From the NCBI RefSeq assembly GCF_006345805.1, contig NW_021832561.1, positions 1 through 60,515 of the forward strand: 60,515 bases of DNA. Reading direction: 5' to 3'. Source of the stretch: Octopus sinensis. Lineage: Eukaryota. Made by a program: the position numbers and the translations under genes. The notes below the pieces were generated by a model, which worked only from the letters and a program-made list of their open reading frames with translations, made no database searches and was not told the origin of the DNA. Shown here piece by piece: positions 1 to 12,448 of the stretch (position 1 is its first letter; each line of letters opens with the position of its first letter).

Positions 1-302
1 GTCTATCTTCTTACGTTCCGGGAGATTTTAGGTATAATTATACTAATGTGTTCATCTGTTCTAATTTAATTAAATTCTATGTCTTAATTAAATTCTATGT
101 AGCTGAATATTGCTCTGCATTTTAAATTGCATTGTTCAATTAAATGGAGTTGCATGAAACGATCGTACTACATTACTTCTGGATATACTGTTGCTTATTT
201 TGTTTTAATCATCTTTCTTTGAAATTGTATGGAGAACATCGTACTAAATTCTGGTGCCTCAACTTAAGTACCATATTCATCTGATTCTATATATATATAT
301 AC

Positions 303-360
<58 letters not shown>

Positions 361-654
361 CATATAACTATATACAGATTTATACAGGTACACACACACA
401 CATACTCACACTCACACACACATACACACACAAGAAATACGCGCCCGACAAATTGCTTTCTTTACAACCATTTCTTAGAGTCTTTTACGGTCAAGGCCTT
501 CTTAAGATGGTATTTCAATGAAGAATGCTTCCTCTTTTAAAATGCCATCTAAATCATAGCTGGACAGCTGGAATGCTTTTAGTAACGTCTTCATAAATAT
601 CGTACATACTACGTAGATGCGTAGAAATTTGTACATTATCGGAACAGCAAACTC

Positions 655-790
655 TATGTAAAAAAAACTTGCTTCCCAACCTCATGATTCCTGGTTCAGT
701 CCCACTGTGCGGCACCTTGAGCAAATGTCTTCTACTATAGCCTGGATTTGGCAGACAGAAACTCAAAGAAGCCCGTCGTGTATATATATT

Positions 791-832
<42 letters not shown>

Positions 833-990
833 TGTGTGTGTTTGTGTGTGTGTGAATGTATACATTTATGTCTGTGTCGTTGTACCTCTGTTTGTCCCCC
901 CCACCCTCCCACCTTCGCTTGACAATCGATGTTGGTGTGTTTATGCTCCCGAAACTTAGCGGTTCGGCAAAAGATACCGATCAACATAAA
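655..990 (+). mobile_element. tRNA-derived SINE, family A (degenerate copy)
   Basis: B-box-like GGTTCAGTCCC at ~693, internal (TG)n, and body segments (gcaccttgagcaaatgtcttctactatagcc; cttagcggttcggcaaaagataccgat) matching the reverse complement of copies at 24185 and 46627. Confidence 0.85.
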
Positions 991-994
991 AGCT

Positions 995-1250
995 CTAATC
1001 CATGGCGGAGGATTGGCGCCGCTTTAAGGACATCCCAGTGGATGCATGCTTTGCACTATTGGTCCCTACACTTTGCGCTCCGATCTCATATGTTGTTAGT
1101 GCGTACATGGATAGAAAACTTAATCCGTTGCTTGGTTTAACCCCAATATCTGATAATCTAGTGTTTAGTAGCTTTAGTAGAGAATCCACTCGGTTGCAGA
1201 CATTCAGGTCAAGTTTTCGCTTAGAAGATACCATCCTCAACCCCCTCCCT
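995..1250 (+). pseudogene. Possible degenerate I/Nimb-clade LINE ORF2 fragment (post-RT region)
   Basis: Joining two frames across one frameshift gives RIGAALRTS-PVDACFALL, resembling the GAFRTSPVxAL motif downstream of RT in I-group LINEs. Motif recall only, no alignment run. Confidence 0.4.
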
Positions 1251-1570
1251 GTCAGTGTCGGAAAAGCCTTGTAAAGGTCATGGCCCCTGCCTTCGGTAAA
1301 GGATAAAAAAATTCCCTATTTATGAATGAAAAGACGGAACCTCTATATTCGGGACGGCTTTGCTTCTCTTACTAACTTTGCTGCTTGCACTGACCTAGGA
1401 TGACCCACTCAATCACGTGGGCTTAGATATATTATGTCTTCTTAAAGTTTTACGACTCAAGGAGGAAGGCCTTTCATCATATATGATTTGCACGATTTGA
1501 ACTTATTTGGGATTAAATAACAACAAAGTTTTCGAGAGTAGACCCGCACATTTATCAATTGTTTCTGTGG

Positions 1571-1868
1571 ATCACATGACGTATTTTCACTACGTCACAT
1601 GATACATTTTAATTACGTTGCATGGCATATTTCTATCGTAATATGACTCGTTTTATACGAAGCTACATGGAGCATATTCATTGCCACATGACATTTTAAG
1701 ATGAAACTACATGGGTTATTTTCATTGTCACGTGAGAAATGTTACATGTCACCACATTGGCTATTTTCATAAAGTCACAAGGCACGTTTTACATGAAACC
1801 ATGTGTTACATTTTCATAGTCACATGACGCATTTGCATTATGTCACATGGCCCATGTCACATGACATC
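1571..1868 (+). repeat. Degenerate ~20-25-bp tandem array of GTCACATG-type units
   Basis: Recurrent tcacatga/gtcacatg/ccacatga/gtcacgtg/ctacatgg, each usually followed by an atttt-like tract. Confidence 0.7.
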
Positions 1869-2024
1869 AATGGGATGTAGAATTCGGTGTAGACGCACAG
1901 AAAGAATGATCTTCGAATGAATACAGTCTATATCTACTGATGTTGCACATGGGGTGGGTTCTTGAAAGATAATGATGATGATGATAGCAGTGTTGATGTT
2001 GGTTGTGGGATCATTTTTTATACC

Positions 2025-2460
2025 TAACCTTAGGTCAACCTTAATTGGCCTGACGTTTGATCTAAGACATTCCAGCTGTAGCCATCCCTTCGAGTTTTCA
2101 TTTTTACTTATGTGCAAAGAATCGAGAGATTCTAAAGTAGCCTTTTGTTTTTTAAGTCAATAGATGTTTGAGGAGGAATTGCCTGCTATTTATTGCATGT
2201 CAAGTAATCACGTTCAATATGCCTCATTGACTTATGGTCTTGGTTTTGTGATATTTTTATGCTTCCAATGCTGTTGGTATACGGTTTTTATTGTTGCTGT
2301 TGTTGTTGTAGTTATTGGTTGTTGATGTTGTCTAACCTTAAACCAACCCTTGTTGAGCAGATCCGTAATCTCACACTCCAGCTGTTAACAACTCACCTTT
2401 CTGTGTTACCTAGGACTATATTATCCAACATGATTTGAAGCAGACTTGGTTGCTATGTTT
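2025..2460 (-). mobile_element. Two tandem degenerate copies of SINE-like family E (CAA tail)
   Basis: Reverse complement of the gctggaatg..tttgatc..gacctggggctaaacaacaac 3' end seen at 31250-32215; (TTG)-rich tail on the left. Confidence 0.6.
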
Positions 2461-3399
2461 TGCAGGATGAAGGAGAAGGAAAAAGAGGGAGAGAGCAGAA
2501 GATCCAGAGAATGAAAGAGAGAGAGCGAAAGACCGATAGAGCGAAAGAGCATGAGTGCGAATGAGCTAAAGAACGAGAGAGCGTAAAAACGAGACAGAAC
2601 GAGAGAGCGAAACAGAGACAGAATGAAAGAAAGAGAAGCGGAAGAATGAGGGAGTGAAAAAACGATTTTGAACATTAAGGGTGCTCATAGATTTTGAACA
2701 TTAAGGGTACTGAATTATAAGGAAACTGATTGAGGAAAAGCGCGATAATTGAGAAGTTGAAACCCGCTGTTTACAGTTAAAATGTCGAAGCACCAAATTC
2801 GTATTCACCAAACATGTTTCACATGAAGTATTCCGACAATATCAATATAATATGATTGAATTTTTATTGTTCTTTTTATCGATTTTGTTAAATATTTTCA
2901 TTAAATTTCTTTAAATATTTCTTATTAAAAAGCGGTAATAGCACAAAAGAGCAAAGGAATTATTGTTTTTAAACCAAGAAATTTTATATTAATTATACTT
3001 TTTAATTATAGTTTAGAAATTTACATGATGGGGGTCGACAAGTTATCAGCGATTCTATGTAAGGGGTCAATGAAGTATAGAGCAAAAGAGTGAGAGAACG
3101 AAAGAATGAGAGAGCGAAAAAGTGAGGGAGTGAAAGAGCCAGAGAACGAAAGAGTGAGAGCGGGACAGAGTCAGAAATTGAAAGAGAGTGCAAGCGAAAA
3201 CGTCGGGGGATTCCTTGTTGTCGCGACATTGTTTTTGTCTGATATCAATGGTTGTATCAGACTGTGGATGGTAATTTATATATGTTAAAAATAGCATCCA
3301 AATTTCCTACAAATCGCATCCTACTATCTTACGTATTTATACCTGTATATTTGAAATTTATAGAAAAACAAAATGCGAACACAACTGTATGAACAACAT

Positions 3400-3520
3400 G
3401 AAAGTGTTTTGAGCCTACGTTCTTCAACAGAAATAAATAAGAGAAAAAAAACAGAGACAGAATAAAAAAAAATCTTGTAGATTTCAGCTGTCCAACATGG
3501 CGAATGAATAAACTAACAAG
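3400..3520 (-). mobile_element. Degenerate copy of the hammerhead-bearing repeat family
   Basis: gagcctacgttcttcaacagaaa ... caacatggcg is collinear with 57833-57930. Confidence 0.65.
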
Positions 3521-3689
3521 GAGAACCTCTAGATCGGAGGTTGGGAAAATGGCCAAGGTTAGCCCTTGGGGATCAGTGTAACTGTCTAATCGGTTCATGA
3601 ACACTGTCCGAATACATCAAAAGAACATGCTCAATCGTTAATGCAGGCACGTTTTTATTTCTGCATTTTTTTCTCTCTCCAACTGTTTT

Positions 3690-3810
3690 CTCTCCACATT
3701 TCTTTCTGTTCAAGTGCATAGGTTCGAAACGTCAAACACTTATATCATTTTCTTTGAGCGTCAAACTAATACACTCTGTTTCTTGTTCCTTCACCTGCCT
3801 CCCTTTCTTT
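3690..3810 (+). mobile_element. Degenerate copy of the hammerhead-bearing repeat family
   Basis: TCTTT-CTGTTCA-A-GTGC-ATAG-GTTC-GAAAC-GTC-AAACA, then gagcgtcaaactaatacac..cacctgcc, matching the reverse complement of 57730-57857. Confidence 0.65.
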
Positions 3811-4399
3811 TATTATTATTATTTTATTATTTTTTTTTTTTTTGGTTTTTGCATAATCTTGAATTATATATCAATACAATATCACTGAACATTTTTAATG
3901 TTCATCAATTTTGTTTGGTATTTTCGTTAAATTTCTTTAAATATTTCTAGTTAAAAAACCCCAGTAATGACACAAAAGAAAGCAGGAATTATTATGTTGA
4001 AATGAAGTAACTCATTAATTATACTTTTTTATCATATTTTAGAAATTCAAATGACGGTGGTTGATATGTTGTCGACGATTTCATGACTGGGTCAATCATA
4101 TAAGAAATTTGCGGACCCCTATTTTATAGCAATACCCCTACACACAGGATGACTATCTGCTCATTCCTTGTTTGTTTCCATTTGTGTAGGTGGTACCTGG
4201 TGTGATCTGGGTACTACAGTACCCAGTCACAGACGGTCGATATTATATTCGAGTTATTTTTCTATTATTTCTTTTGATATTCTTTGTAACTTATTCCGAT
4301 GTATTCCAGAGACGTTAGAAGCCGAGACACGATTGGCGTAATGATAGATCTACTGTATTGCTTATTTTTTTAATCTTTTTTCTTTCTTTTTTTTTTTTT

Positions 4400-4610
4400 T
4401 TACTTATTTCAGTCATTGGACTATGGCCATGATGGGAAACCATTTGAGGTGGGTGTTTTGAGTCAAAAAGATGGACACCAGATATTTAATTTTAAATTCA
4501 TGTACTTAATCTATTGGTATTTTACCAAACCGCAATGTTACGGGGACGTAAATAAACCAACACCATTTCTCATGAATTGGCGGGGACAAACACAGACACA
4601 CAACACACAC
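4400..4610 (-). mobile_element. SINE family A 3' part
   Basis: tttcagtcattggact..ggccatg and gttacggggacgtaaa..ggggacaaacacagacaca are shared with full copies. Confidence 0.75.
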
Positions 4611-5521
4611 ATTACATATATATATATATAAGTATGTATTTATGTATGCATGCATGTATGTATGCTTGCATGTATGTATGCATGCATGTATGTATGTATG
4701 TACGTATGTATGTATGTATGCTTGCATGTATGTATGCATGCATCTATGTATGTATGTATGTATATATTGTAGATTTGAAGGGATAAGAAACTCAGAGCTT
4801 TATCTCGAGAAGCAATCACAGGGATGGCAGCTATTTGAAAATAGCATGCATAACTAGGTCATTGTTAGCATGCCTTTCTATAGATATAATGAGTGAACAA
4901 TTACCATGAGTTGTTGAAACATTTGTCAACCGTGAAATAAAGATATCAAAACCCAGTCTCCAATTTTTATCATATATTTATATATTTCATGCAGTTCCTG
5001 TCTAAAGAATTTCATTCACAGTGCATTCGTCGGTCCGTAGGTATATAAGGTGTCACCTGCTCAAGGCGCCACGTAATGTGGCACTCAATCCAATGCTGCG
5101 TAGTTGCAAAGCGAACTTGTCAACCAAACTGCCATGACTACGCCTACACAATAATTTGCCTGCGCCTGTACAATGGTGTTGTTATTTGATCGTGTTGACT
5201 AAAGTGCCGTACATTTAAACGCTTTAAATATTGGTCGTGCGCCATTTTGCTTTGTTTACAAATGTCCTTTCCACGAATAAATACGATGTGTTCTGAAAGT
5301 TATATAGGAAGCCGTATGTAATTTTATCTGGTCTGTAGAAGGGAAGTATATTTACATTGTTGCGTGCGATGGCTGGCTTTTACTTGATATTATCTGGTGG
5401 CTGTTGTTGGCCAGAGAAAGAAAAGGTGATAATGGATTTGCTGGTAGATGATACTCATTTCGACGCCATGGTTCTTAGTTACAGATACAGAGTAAGGGAA
5501 AAAGTTGAGCATCTCTATTCG

Positions 5522-8500
5522 AGAATAATGATGGAAAGGAATGATGGAAAGGAATGATGGAAAGGAATGATGGAAAGGAATGATGTAAGGAATGATGGAA
5601 AGGAATGATGGAAAGGAATGATGGAAAGGAATGATGGAAAGGAATGATGGAAAGGAATGATGGAAAGGAATGATGTAGGAATGATGGAAAGGAATGATGG
5701 AAAGGAATGATGGAAAGAATGATGGAAAGATGGAAAGATGATGGAAATGAATGATGGAAGGAATATGAAAGGAATGATGGAAAGGAATGATGGAAAGGAA
5801 TGATGGAAAGGAATGATGGAAAGGAATGATGGAAAGGAATGATGGAAAGGAATGATGGAAAGGAATGATGTAAGGAATGATGGAAAGGAATGATGGAAAG
5901 GAATGATGGAAAGGAATGATGGAAAGGAATGATGTAAGGAATGATGGAAAGGAATGATGGAAAGGAATGATGGAAAGGAATGATGGAAAGGAATGATGGA
6001 AAGGAATGATGGAAGGAATGATGGAAAGGAATGATGGAAAGGAATGATGTAAGGAATGATGGAAAGGAATGATGGAAAGGAATGATGGAAAGGAATGATG
6101 GAAAGGAATGATGGAAAGGAATGATGGAAAGGAATGATGGAAAGGAATGATGTAAGGAATGATGGAAAGGAATGATGGAAAGGAATGATGTAAGGAATGA
6201 TGGAAAGGAATGATGGAAAGAAGGATGGAAAGGAATGAGGGAAAGGAAGATGTAGGAATGATGGAAAGGAATGATGGAAGGAAGGATGGGAAAGAAATGG
6301 AAAGGAAGAGGGAAAGAAGGATGTAAGGAATGATGGAAAGGAAGATGGAAAGGAAGAGGGAAGGAATGATGGAAAGGAATGATGGAAGGGAAGGAATGAA
6401 GGAAGGATGGAAAGGAAGAGAAAGGAAGGATGGAAAGGAATGAGGAAGGAATGATGGAAAGGAATGAGGAAAGGAATGATGGAAAGGAATGATGGAAGGA
6501 TGATGGAAAGGAAGGATGGAAAGGAATGAGGGAAAGGAATGATGGAAGGAATGAGGGAAAAGATGGAAAGGAATGATGGAAAGGAATGATGGAAAGAATG
6601 AGGAAAGGAATGGAAAGGGGAGGATGGAAATGAGGGGGAAAGATGGATGGAAAAATGGAAAGGAATGAGGAAAGGAAGGAGGTAAGGAATGATGGAAAGG
6701 AGATGGAAAGGAATGATGTAAGAATGATGGAAAGGAATGAGATGATGGAAAGGAATGAGGGAAGGATGATGGAAGATGATGGAAAGAATGATAAGGAAAT
6801 GGAAGAAAGGAATGAGGAAAGATGATGGAAAGGAAGGATGGAAAGAAGGAAAGGAATGATGGAAAGAATGATGGAAAGGAATGATGGAAAGGAATGATGG
6901 AAAGGAATGATGGAAAGGAATGAGGGAAAGGAATGATGGAAAGGAATGATGGAAGAATGAGGAAAGGAATGATGGAAAGGGATGGAAGGAAAGGAATGAT
7001 GGAAAGAATGATGGAAAGAATGATGGAAAGGAGGATGGAAAGGAATGAGGAAAGGAATGATGGAAAGGAATGAGTAAAGGAAGATGGAAAGAAGATGGAA
7101 AGAGGAAAGAATGAGGAAAGAATGATGGAAAGATGATGAAAGAGAGGGAAAGAATGATGGAAAGAATGGGGAAAGGAATGATGGAAAGGAATGATGGAAA
7201 GGAATGATGAAAGAATGAGGAAAGAAGATGGAAAGAATGATGGAAAGGAATGATGGAAAGAATGATGGAAGGAATGAGGGAAAGGAATGATGTAAGGAAT
7301 GATGGAAAGAATGATGAAAGGAAGGAGAAGAAGGAAAGGGAAAGAATGAGGGAAGGAAGAGGAAGGAACAGAAAGGAAGGAGGAAGGAATGAGGGAAAGG
7401 AATGAGAAAGAAGAGGGGGGAAGGAAGGAGGAAAGGAATGATGGAAAGGAATGATGGAAGGAATGGAGGGAAAGGAATGATGGAAAGAATGATGGAAAGG
7501 AATGAGGAAGGAATGAAAGAATGATGGAAGGAATGATGGAAAGAATGATGGAAAGGAATGAGGGAAAGAAGAGGGAAGGAATGAGGGAAGGAATGATTGA
7601 AAGGAAGATGAAGGAATGAGGGAAAAGATGGGGAAGAATGATGGAAAGGAATGATGGAAAAGGAATGATGGAAAGGAATGATGGAAGGAATGATGAAAGA
7701 ATAGGAAAGATGGGAAGGAATGAGGAAGAGGAAGGAAAGGATGATGTAAGGAATGATGGAAAGAATGATGGAAAGAATGATGGAAGAGGAACGAAGGAAA
7801 GCGGAATGATGGAAAGGAATGATGGAAAGGAATGATGGAAAGGAGGATGGAAGGAATGAGGAAAGGAATGATGGAAAGGAATGATGGAAAGGAATGATGA
7901 AAGGATGAGGAGGAATGATGAAAGGAATGAGGAAAGGAATGATGGAAAGGAGATGGAAAGGAATGATGAAAGGAATATGGAAAGGAATGATGGAAAGGAA
8001 TGATGTAAGGAAAGGAAAGGAATGATGGAAAGGATGAATGGGAAAAGGAATGGAAGGAATGAGGGAAAGAAGGAGGAAGGAATGATGGAAGGATGATGGA
8101 AAGGAATGATGGAAGGAAGGATAAAGGAATGAGGAAAGGAATGATGGAAAGGAAGATGGAAAGGAATGATGTAAGGAGGAGGAAAGGATGAGGAAGGAAT
8201 GATGGAAAGGAATGATGGAAAGGAATGATGGAAAGAATGATGAAAGGAATGATGGAAAGGAATGATGGAAGGAATGATGGAAAAGGAATGGAAAGGAATG
8301 ATGGAAAGGAAGATGTAGGAATGATGAAAGGAATGATGGAAAGGAATGAGGGAAAGGAATGATGGAAAGAATGATGGAAAGAATGATGTAGGAATGATGG
8401 AAAGGAAGGATGGAAAGGAAGGAGGTAAGGAATGATGGAAAGGAATGAGGAAAGGAATGATGGAAGGATGATGAAAGGAAGATGGAAAGGAATGATGGAA

Positions 8501-9210
8501 AGGAATGATGGAAAGAAATGTATGATGAGGAAAGGAATGATGGAAAGGATGATGGAAAGGAATGATGGAAAGAATGATGGAAGGAATGATGGAAAGAATG
8601 ATGTAGGAAATGATGGAAAGGAATGATGGAAAGGAATGATGGAAAGGAATGAAGGAAAGGAAGGAATGGGCGGAGATGGAAAGGAATGATGAAAGGAATG
8701 ATGGAAAGGAATGATGGAAAGGAATGAGGAAAGGAATGAAGAAGGAAAGGAGGAAAGGATGATGGAAAGGAAAGGAAGGAAAGAGGAATGATGGAAAGGA
8801 ATGATGGAAAAAGGAGAAAGAATGAATGAAGGAATGATGGAAGGAAGATGGAAAGGAATGATGGAAAGGATGGATGGAAAGGAGAGATGGAGGAAGGATG
8901 GAAAGGATGATGTAAGGAAGATGGAAAGGAAGGATGAAAGAGGAAAGAATATGGAAAGGAAGGATGGAAAGGAAGGATGGAAAGGAATGATGGAAAGGAA
9001 TGATGGAAAGGATGATGAAAGGAATGAGGAAGGAATGATGGAAAGGAATGATGAAGAAAGGGAATGATGGAAAGAATGATGGAAAGGAATGATGAAAGGA
9101 TGATGGAAAGGAAGGATGGAAAGATGAAGATGGAAAGGAAGGATTGAAAGATGAGGAAAGATGATGGAAAGGAATGATGGAAAGGAATGATGGAAAGGAA
9201 GATGTAAGGC
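5522..9210 (+). repeat. 13-bp satellite (GGAATGATGGAAA)n, ~3.7 kb
   Basis: Directly visible tandem array of roughly 280 units. Near-perfect at 5522-6230 and more degenerate internally; variant unit with TGTAA. Confidence 0.98.
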
Positions 9211-9366
9211 TGATATCAATTTGCTTTGTATGAGCTTTGATTTTTTATTTCATGTTACTAGCATCATTATCCTCATCATCATCGTCGTTATTGTTGTTGA
9301 TATTGTTGTTGATTGTTGTTGTTATTATCATTATTATTATCGTTGTTTTCGTTGTTGTTGTTGTTG

Positions 9367-9423
<57 letters not shown>

Positions 9424-9424
<1 letters not shown>

Positions 9425-9530
9425 AAAGGCGACGAGCTGGCCGAATCGTTAGCGCATCGGATAAAGTGCTTAGCGCTATTTCTTAAGACTCTTTAAGTTC
9501 TTAGTTCAAATCCTATGGAGGTCGACCCGC
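9424..9530 (+). mobile_element. SINE family B 5' part
   Basis: aggcgacgagctggccgaatcgttagc..agttcaaatcc..gaggtcgac matches the head of the copy at 55483. Confidence 0.7.
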
Positions 9531-9534
9531 TGAA

Positions 9535-9872
9535 ATGGTCCTTGAATAAAGATTATGTCAGGATGTCGAACAAAACACCTACGTTTCCAGAGGTGAATTA
9601 TTCAAACTACAAAGAATTCTTCTCAACATATGGTTACGATGCTCCCCCACTACTTCTGCTCTTGATCAGAGATGCACATATCATCAGCCACCTAAGGACA
9701 TGCTGAACTAGCGAAGATCAAACAACTGACAAGCAAATCTGTGGTATTGAGGAGAATATTTGCTGTAGCTCATCTTTTATACCAAGACAAAACAATGTAC
9801 ATGATAACACTTCCAATCAGTTAAGATCAGAAGCCATGTGAGCCACTGCCTGGTACTGCATCAGGGCATTTA
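9535..9872 (+). mobile_element. Dispersed repeat family F (retroposon 3' end)
   Basis: High similarity to the reverse complement of 54295-54620 (ataccaagacaaaacaatgtacatgataacacttccaatcagttaagatc..gagccactgcctggtact). Confidence 0.85.
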
Positions 9873-10269
9873 TAGATAGAAATGAAAACGATATATTTAA
9901 TATATTACCCAAAAAATATGTCGATATTGATACACACTGGCCGCCAGGTGGTGTTCTTTGCGGGGTAACCTCTAAGAAGTAAAAGTAGCAGCTAAACCGC
10001 AACTACTTTAAACTCATCTTCCTCCTCCCCCGATTCAGATCTTAACCGATTTTCTATTCTTTAATACGGATATAATGCAGTAAATAATATATTGTTATAT
10101 GTCCCCACTCATCAAAATGTGTTGGCCACAGTTGGAACACATTTGATCATAGTAGATCGTGGAAAGGGTCTACCGTGTGCTGAACATCAGTAACTGCTGA
10201 ATACACCAACATAAACATTTTTTACAGTTTTTACTGCTATTACTGCTTTTAATATTAAAATAATCGTTT

Positions 10270-11500
10270 CTCTTATAGGTAAAAAGAGCTGCAATTTAGT
10301 GATGGGGTGGGGTATAGTCGATTACATCGACCCCAGTGTTTAACAGGTACGAATTTCAATGACCTCGGGAGGATGAAATGCAAAGGCGACCACGGCGGAA
10401 TTTGACGGGTAAAATGCCGCCAAGCTTTTTTTCCCGCGCTCTGACCATTCTGCCAGCTCGCCACTTTAACTACTAAAAATGGCACAAGTCCAGCGTTTCC
10501 TGAGGATGGGTAAGTCGATTAAATCGAACTCGGTTTTCAACTGGTGAATTATTTCATCGACTGCGAAAGGATGAAAATCAGAGCCGCCTTCGGCGTAATT
10601 TGAACTCAGAACGTAAAGACAGACGAAATACCACCAAGCATTATGTTCCGTGCTCCAGTTTTCCTGGCAGCTGGTCTCCTTAACTACTTTTTTTTATTGT
10701 TTCAGTCATTTGACTGTAGCCTTGCAGGAGCACCGCCTTTAGTCGAGCAGATCGACGCCAGGACTTATTCTTTGTAAGCCTAGTACTTATTCTATCGGTC
10801 TCTTTTGCTAAGTTACGTGGACGTAAACACATCAGCATCGGTTGTCAAGCACAGACATACAAACATATACACACATACATACATACATACATACATACCT
10901 ACATACATACATACATACATACATACATACATACATACATACATACATACATACAAATAATCGTTTCAAATTTTGGCACAAATCCAGCATCTTCCAGGTA
11001 TTGGTCAGCCGATTATATCGACATCAGTGTTAACTGGTAAGTATTTCCCCGACACCGTATGGACAAAAGTCCTAGCCGACCTAGGAGGAATTTGAACTCA
11101 GAACGCAAAGACGGACGAAATGCCGCTAAGCAATTCGTTCCCCGCTCTAATGATTCTACCAGCTCGCCTCTTTAACTACTACAACCAATAACAATAACTG
11201 CTTCAAATTTTGGCACAAGGCCAGCAGTTTTAGGGCCAGGCGCAAATCGATTTCCTCAACTCCAGTGCTTGATTAGTACATATTTTATCGAATCCAGCTG
11301 GACGAACTTCTAAGTCACACTAAGCCTGATTTTGGTAATATACTAATAACAATAATAGTACAAATTTCAAATAACAGTAATTCTTTCGAATCTGGAGACA
11401 AGGCCACCGATTTGAAGGGAAGGAGGTGAGTCGAGTCGTCTTTTATCGACCCCACTGGGATAAAAAAAAAAGGTGACTTCGGCAGGATTTGGATGGTGAA
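10270..11500 (-). mobile_element. Cluster of ~5 family-B SINE copies plus one family-A 3' part (10694-10860)
   Basis: Repeated gtcgattacatcgaccccagtg / ggaatttgaactcagaacg / ctgccagctcgcc blocks, all in the same orientation. Confidence 0.85.
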
Positions 11501-11579
11501 CATTAAAAGAGTCGTAACAAATTGCACACAAACAATGTTTCTGACGATTCTAAAAAATCCTTAATAAAAGCCACTGCGG

Positions 11580-11955
11580 CGACGACGACAATGTTACAGA
11601 AGATCATGATGGTGCTGTTGATGATGATGACGATGACGATGATAATGATGATGATGGTCATGGTAGCATTAGTTATGAAGGTGGTGGTGGTGGTGGTGGT
11701 GGTGGTCGTCGTCGTCGTCGTCGTCCTCGTGAAATATTCTGATGAAATAATTGTGATGCTGCTGATGATGATGAAGTTGACGACGACGACGATGATGATA
11801 ACGGTAGTGGTAGTATTAGTTATGATAATGGTGGTGGTGGTGGTGGTGGTGGTGAAATATGGTGGTGATGATGATGATGATGATGATGATGGTGTTGATG
11901 ATGATGATGATGATGATAGCGTTAATGGTATTGGTGGTGGTGGTGGTGGTGGCGA
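11580..11955. repeat. Composite trinucleotide repeat (GAT/GGT/GAC)n
   Basis: Direct inspection. Confidence 0.9.
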
Positions 11956-12259
11956 TAGTGGTAATGCAGTGAGTGTGGTGGCAGAGAAGAAAGAGAGCTT
12001 AGTGACAGCCAACCACCAAGCCGTGTTCTGTTCGATGGCCTCACTTGCAGCGTAGCCAACCGTTGCGTAGTATGTGCGGCGGAGAAAAAAGCACGTGGGC
12101 GGGAATTTATCAGCGCATTGATATTGTAATATCATATAGACGTACACGCATGCTTACTGGAGCAAACGCGCGAGCGCGCAACCCCCCCCCTCCTCAACGC
12201 ACACATGCACAAACACACAGGTATGTACACACATAGTTATCTGTATGCGCATGCATATG

Positions 12260-12295
<36 letters not shown>

Positions 12296-12374
12296 TACGC
12301 ACACGGACCCACATGATGAGTAAACCATGCAAAGCATGCTCACAATGCCACATGAGGACAAATGGATATACACG

Positions 12375-12377
<3 letters not shown>

Positions 12378-12448
<71 letters not shown>

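Larger units (their letters stand above)
2842..4121. mobile_element. Two diverged ~230-bp direct repeats (2842-3075, 3870-4121), probable hAT-like non-autonomous ends
   Basis: Collinear blocks (aaatttctt-aaatatttt; cacaaaaga; ggaattatt; ttaattatactttt; ttagaaatt; gggtcaat). The second copy ends in tttgcggacccta, whose reverse complement TAGGGGTCCGCAAA is hAT-terminus-like. Confidence 0.45.

Noticed and set aside
4190-4250. Plus-strand exon after ttccatttgtgtag
   Set aside because: No convincing donor and no recognisable peptide.
5515-9219. 1234-aa minus-strand ORF
   Set aside because: Antisense read-through of a 13-bp satellite. The period is not a multiple of 3, indels are frequent, and the strand's composition precludes stop codons.
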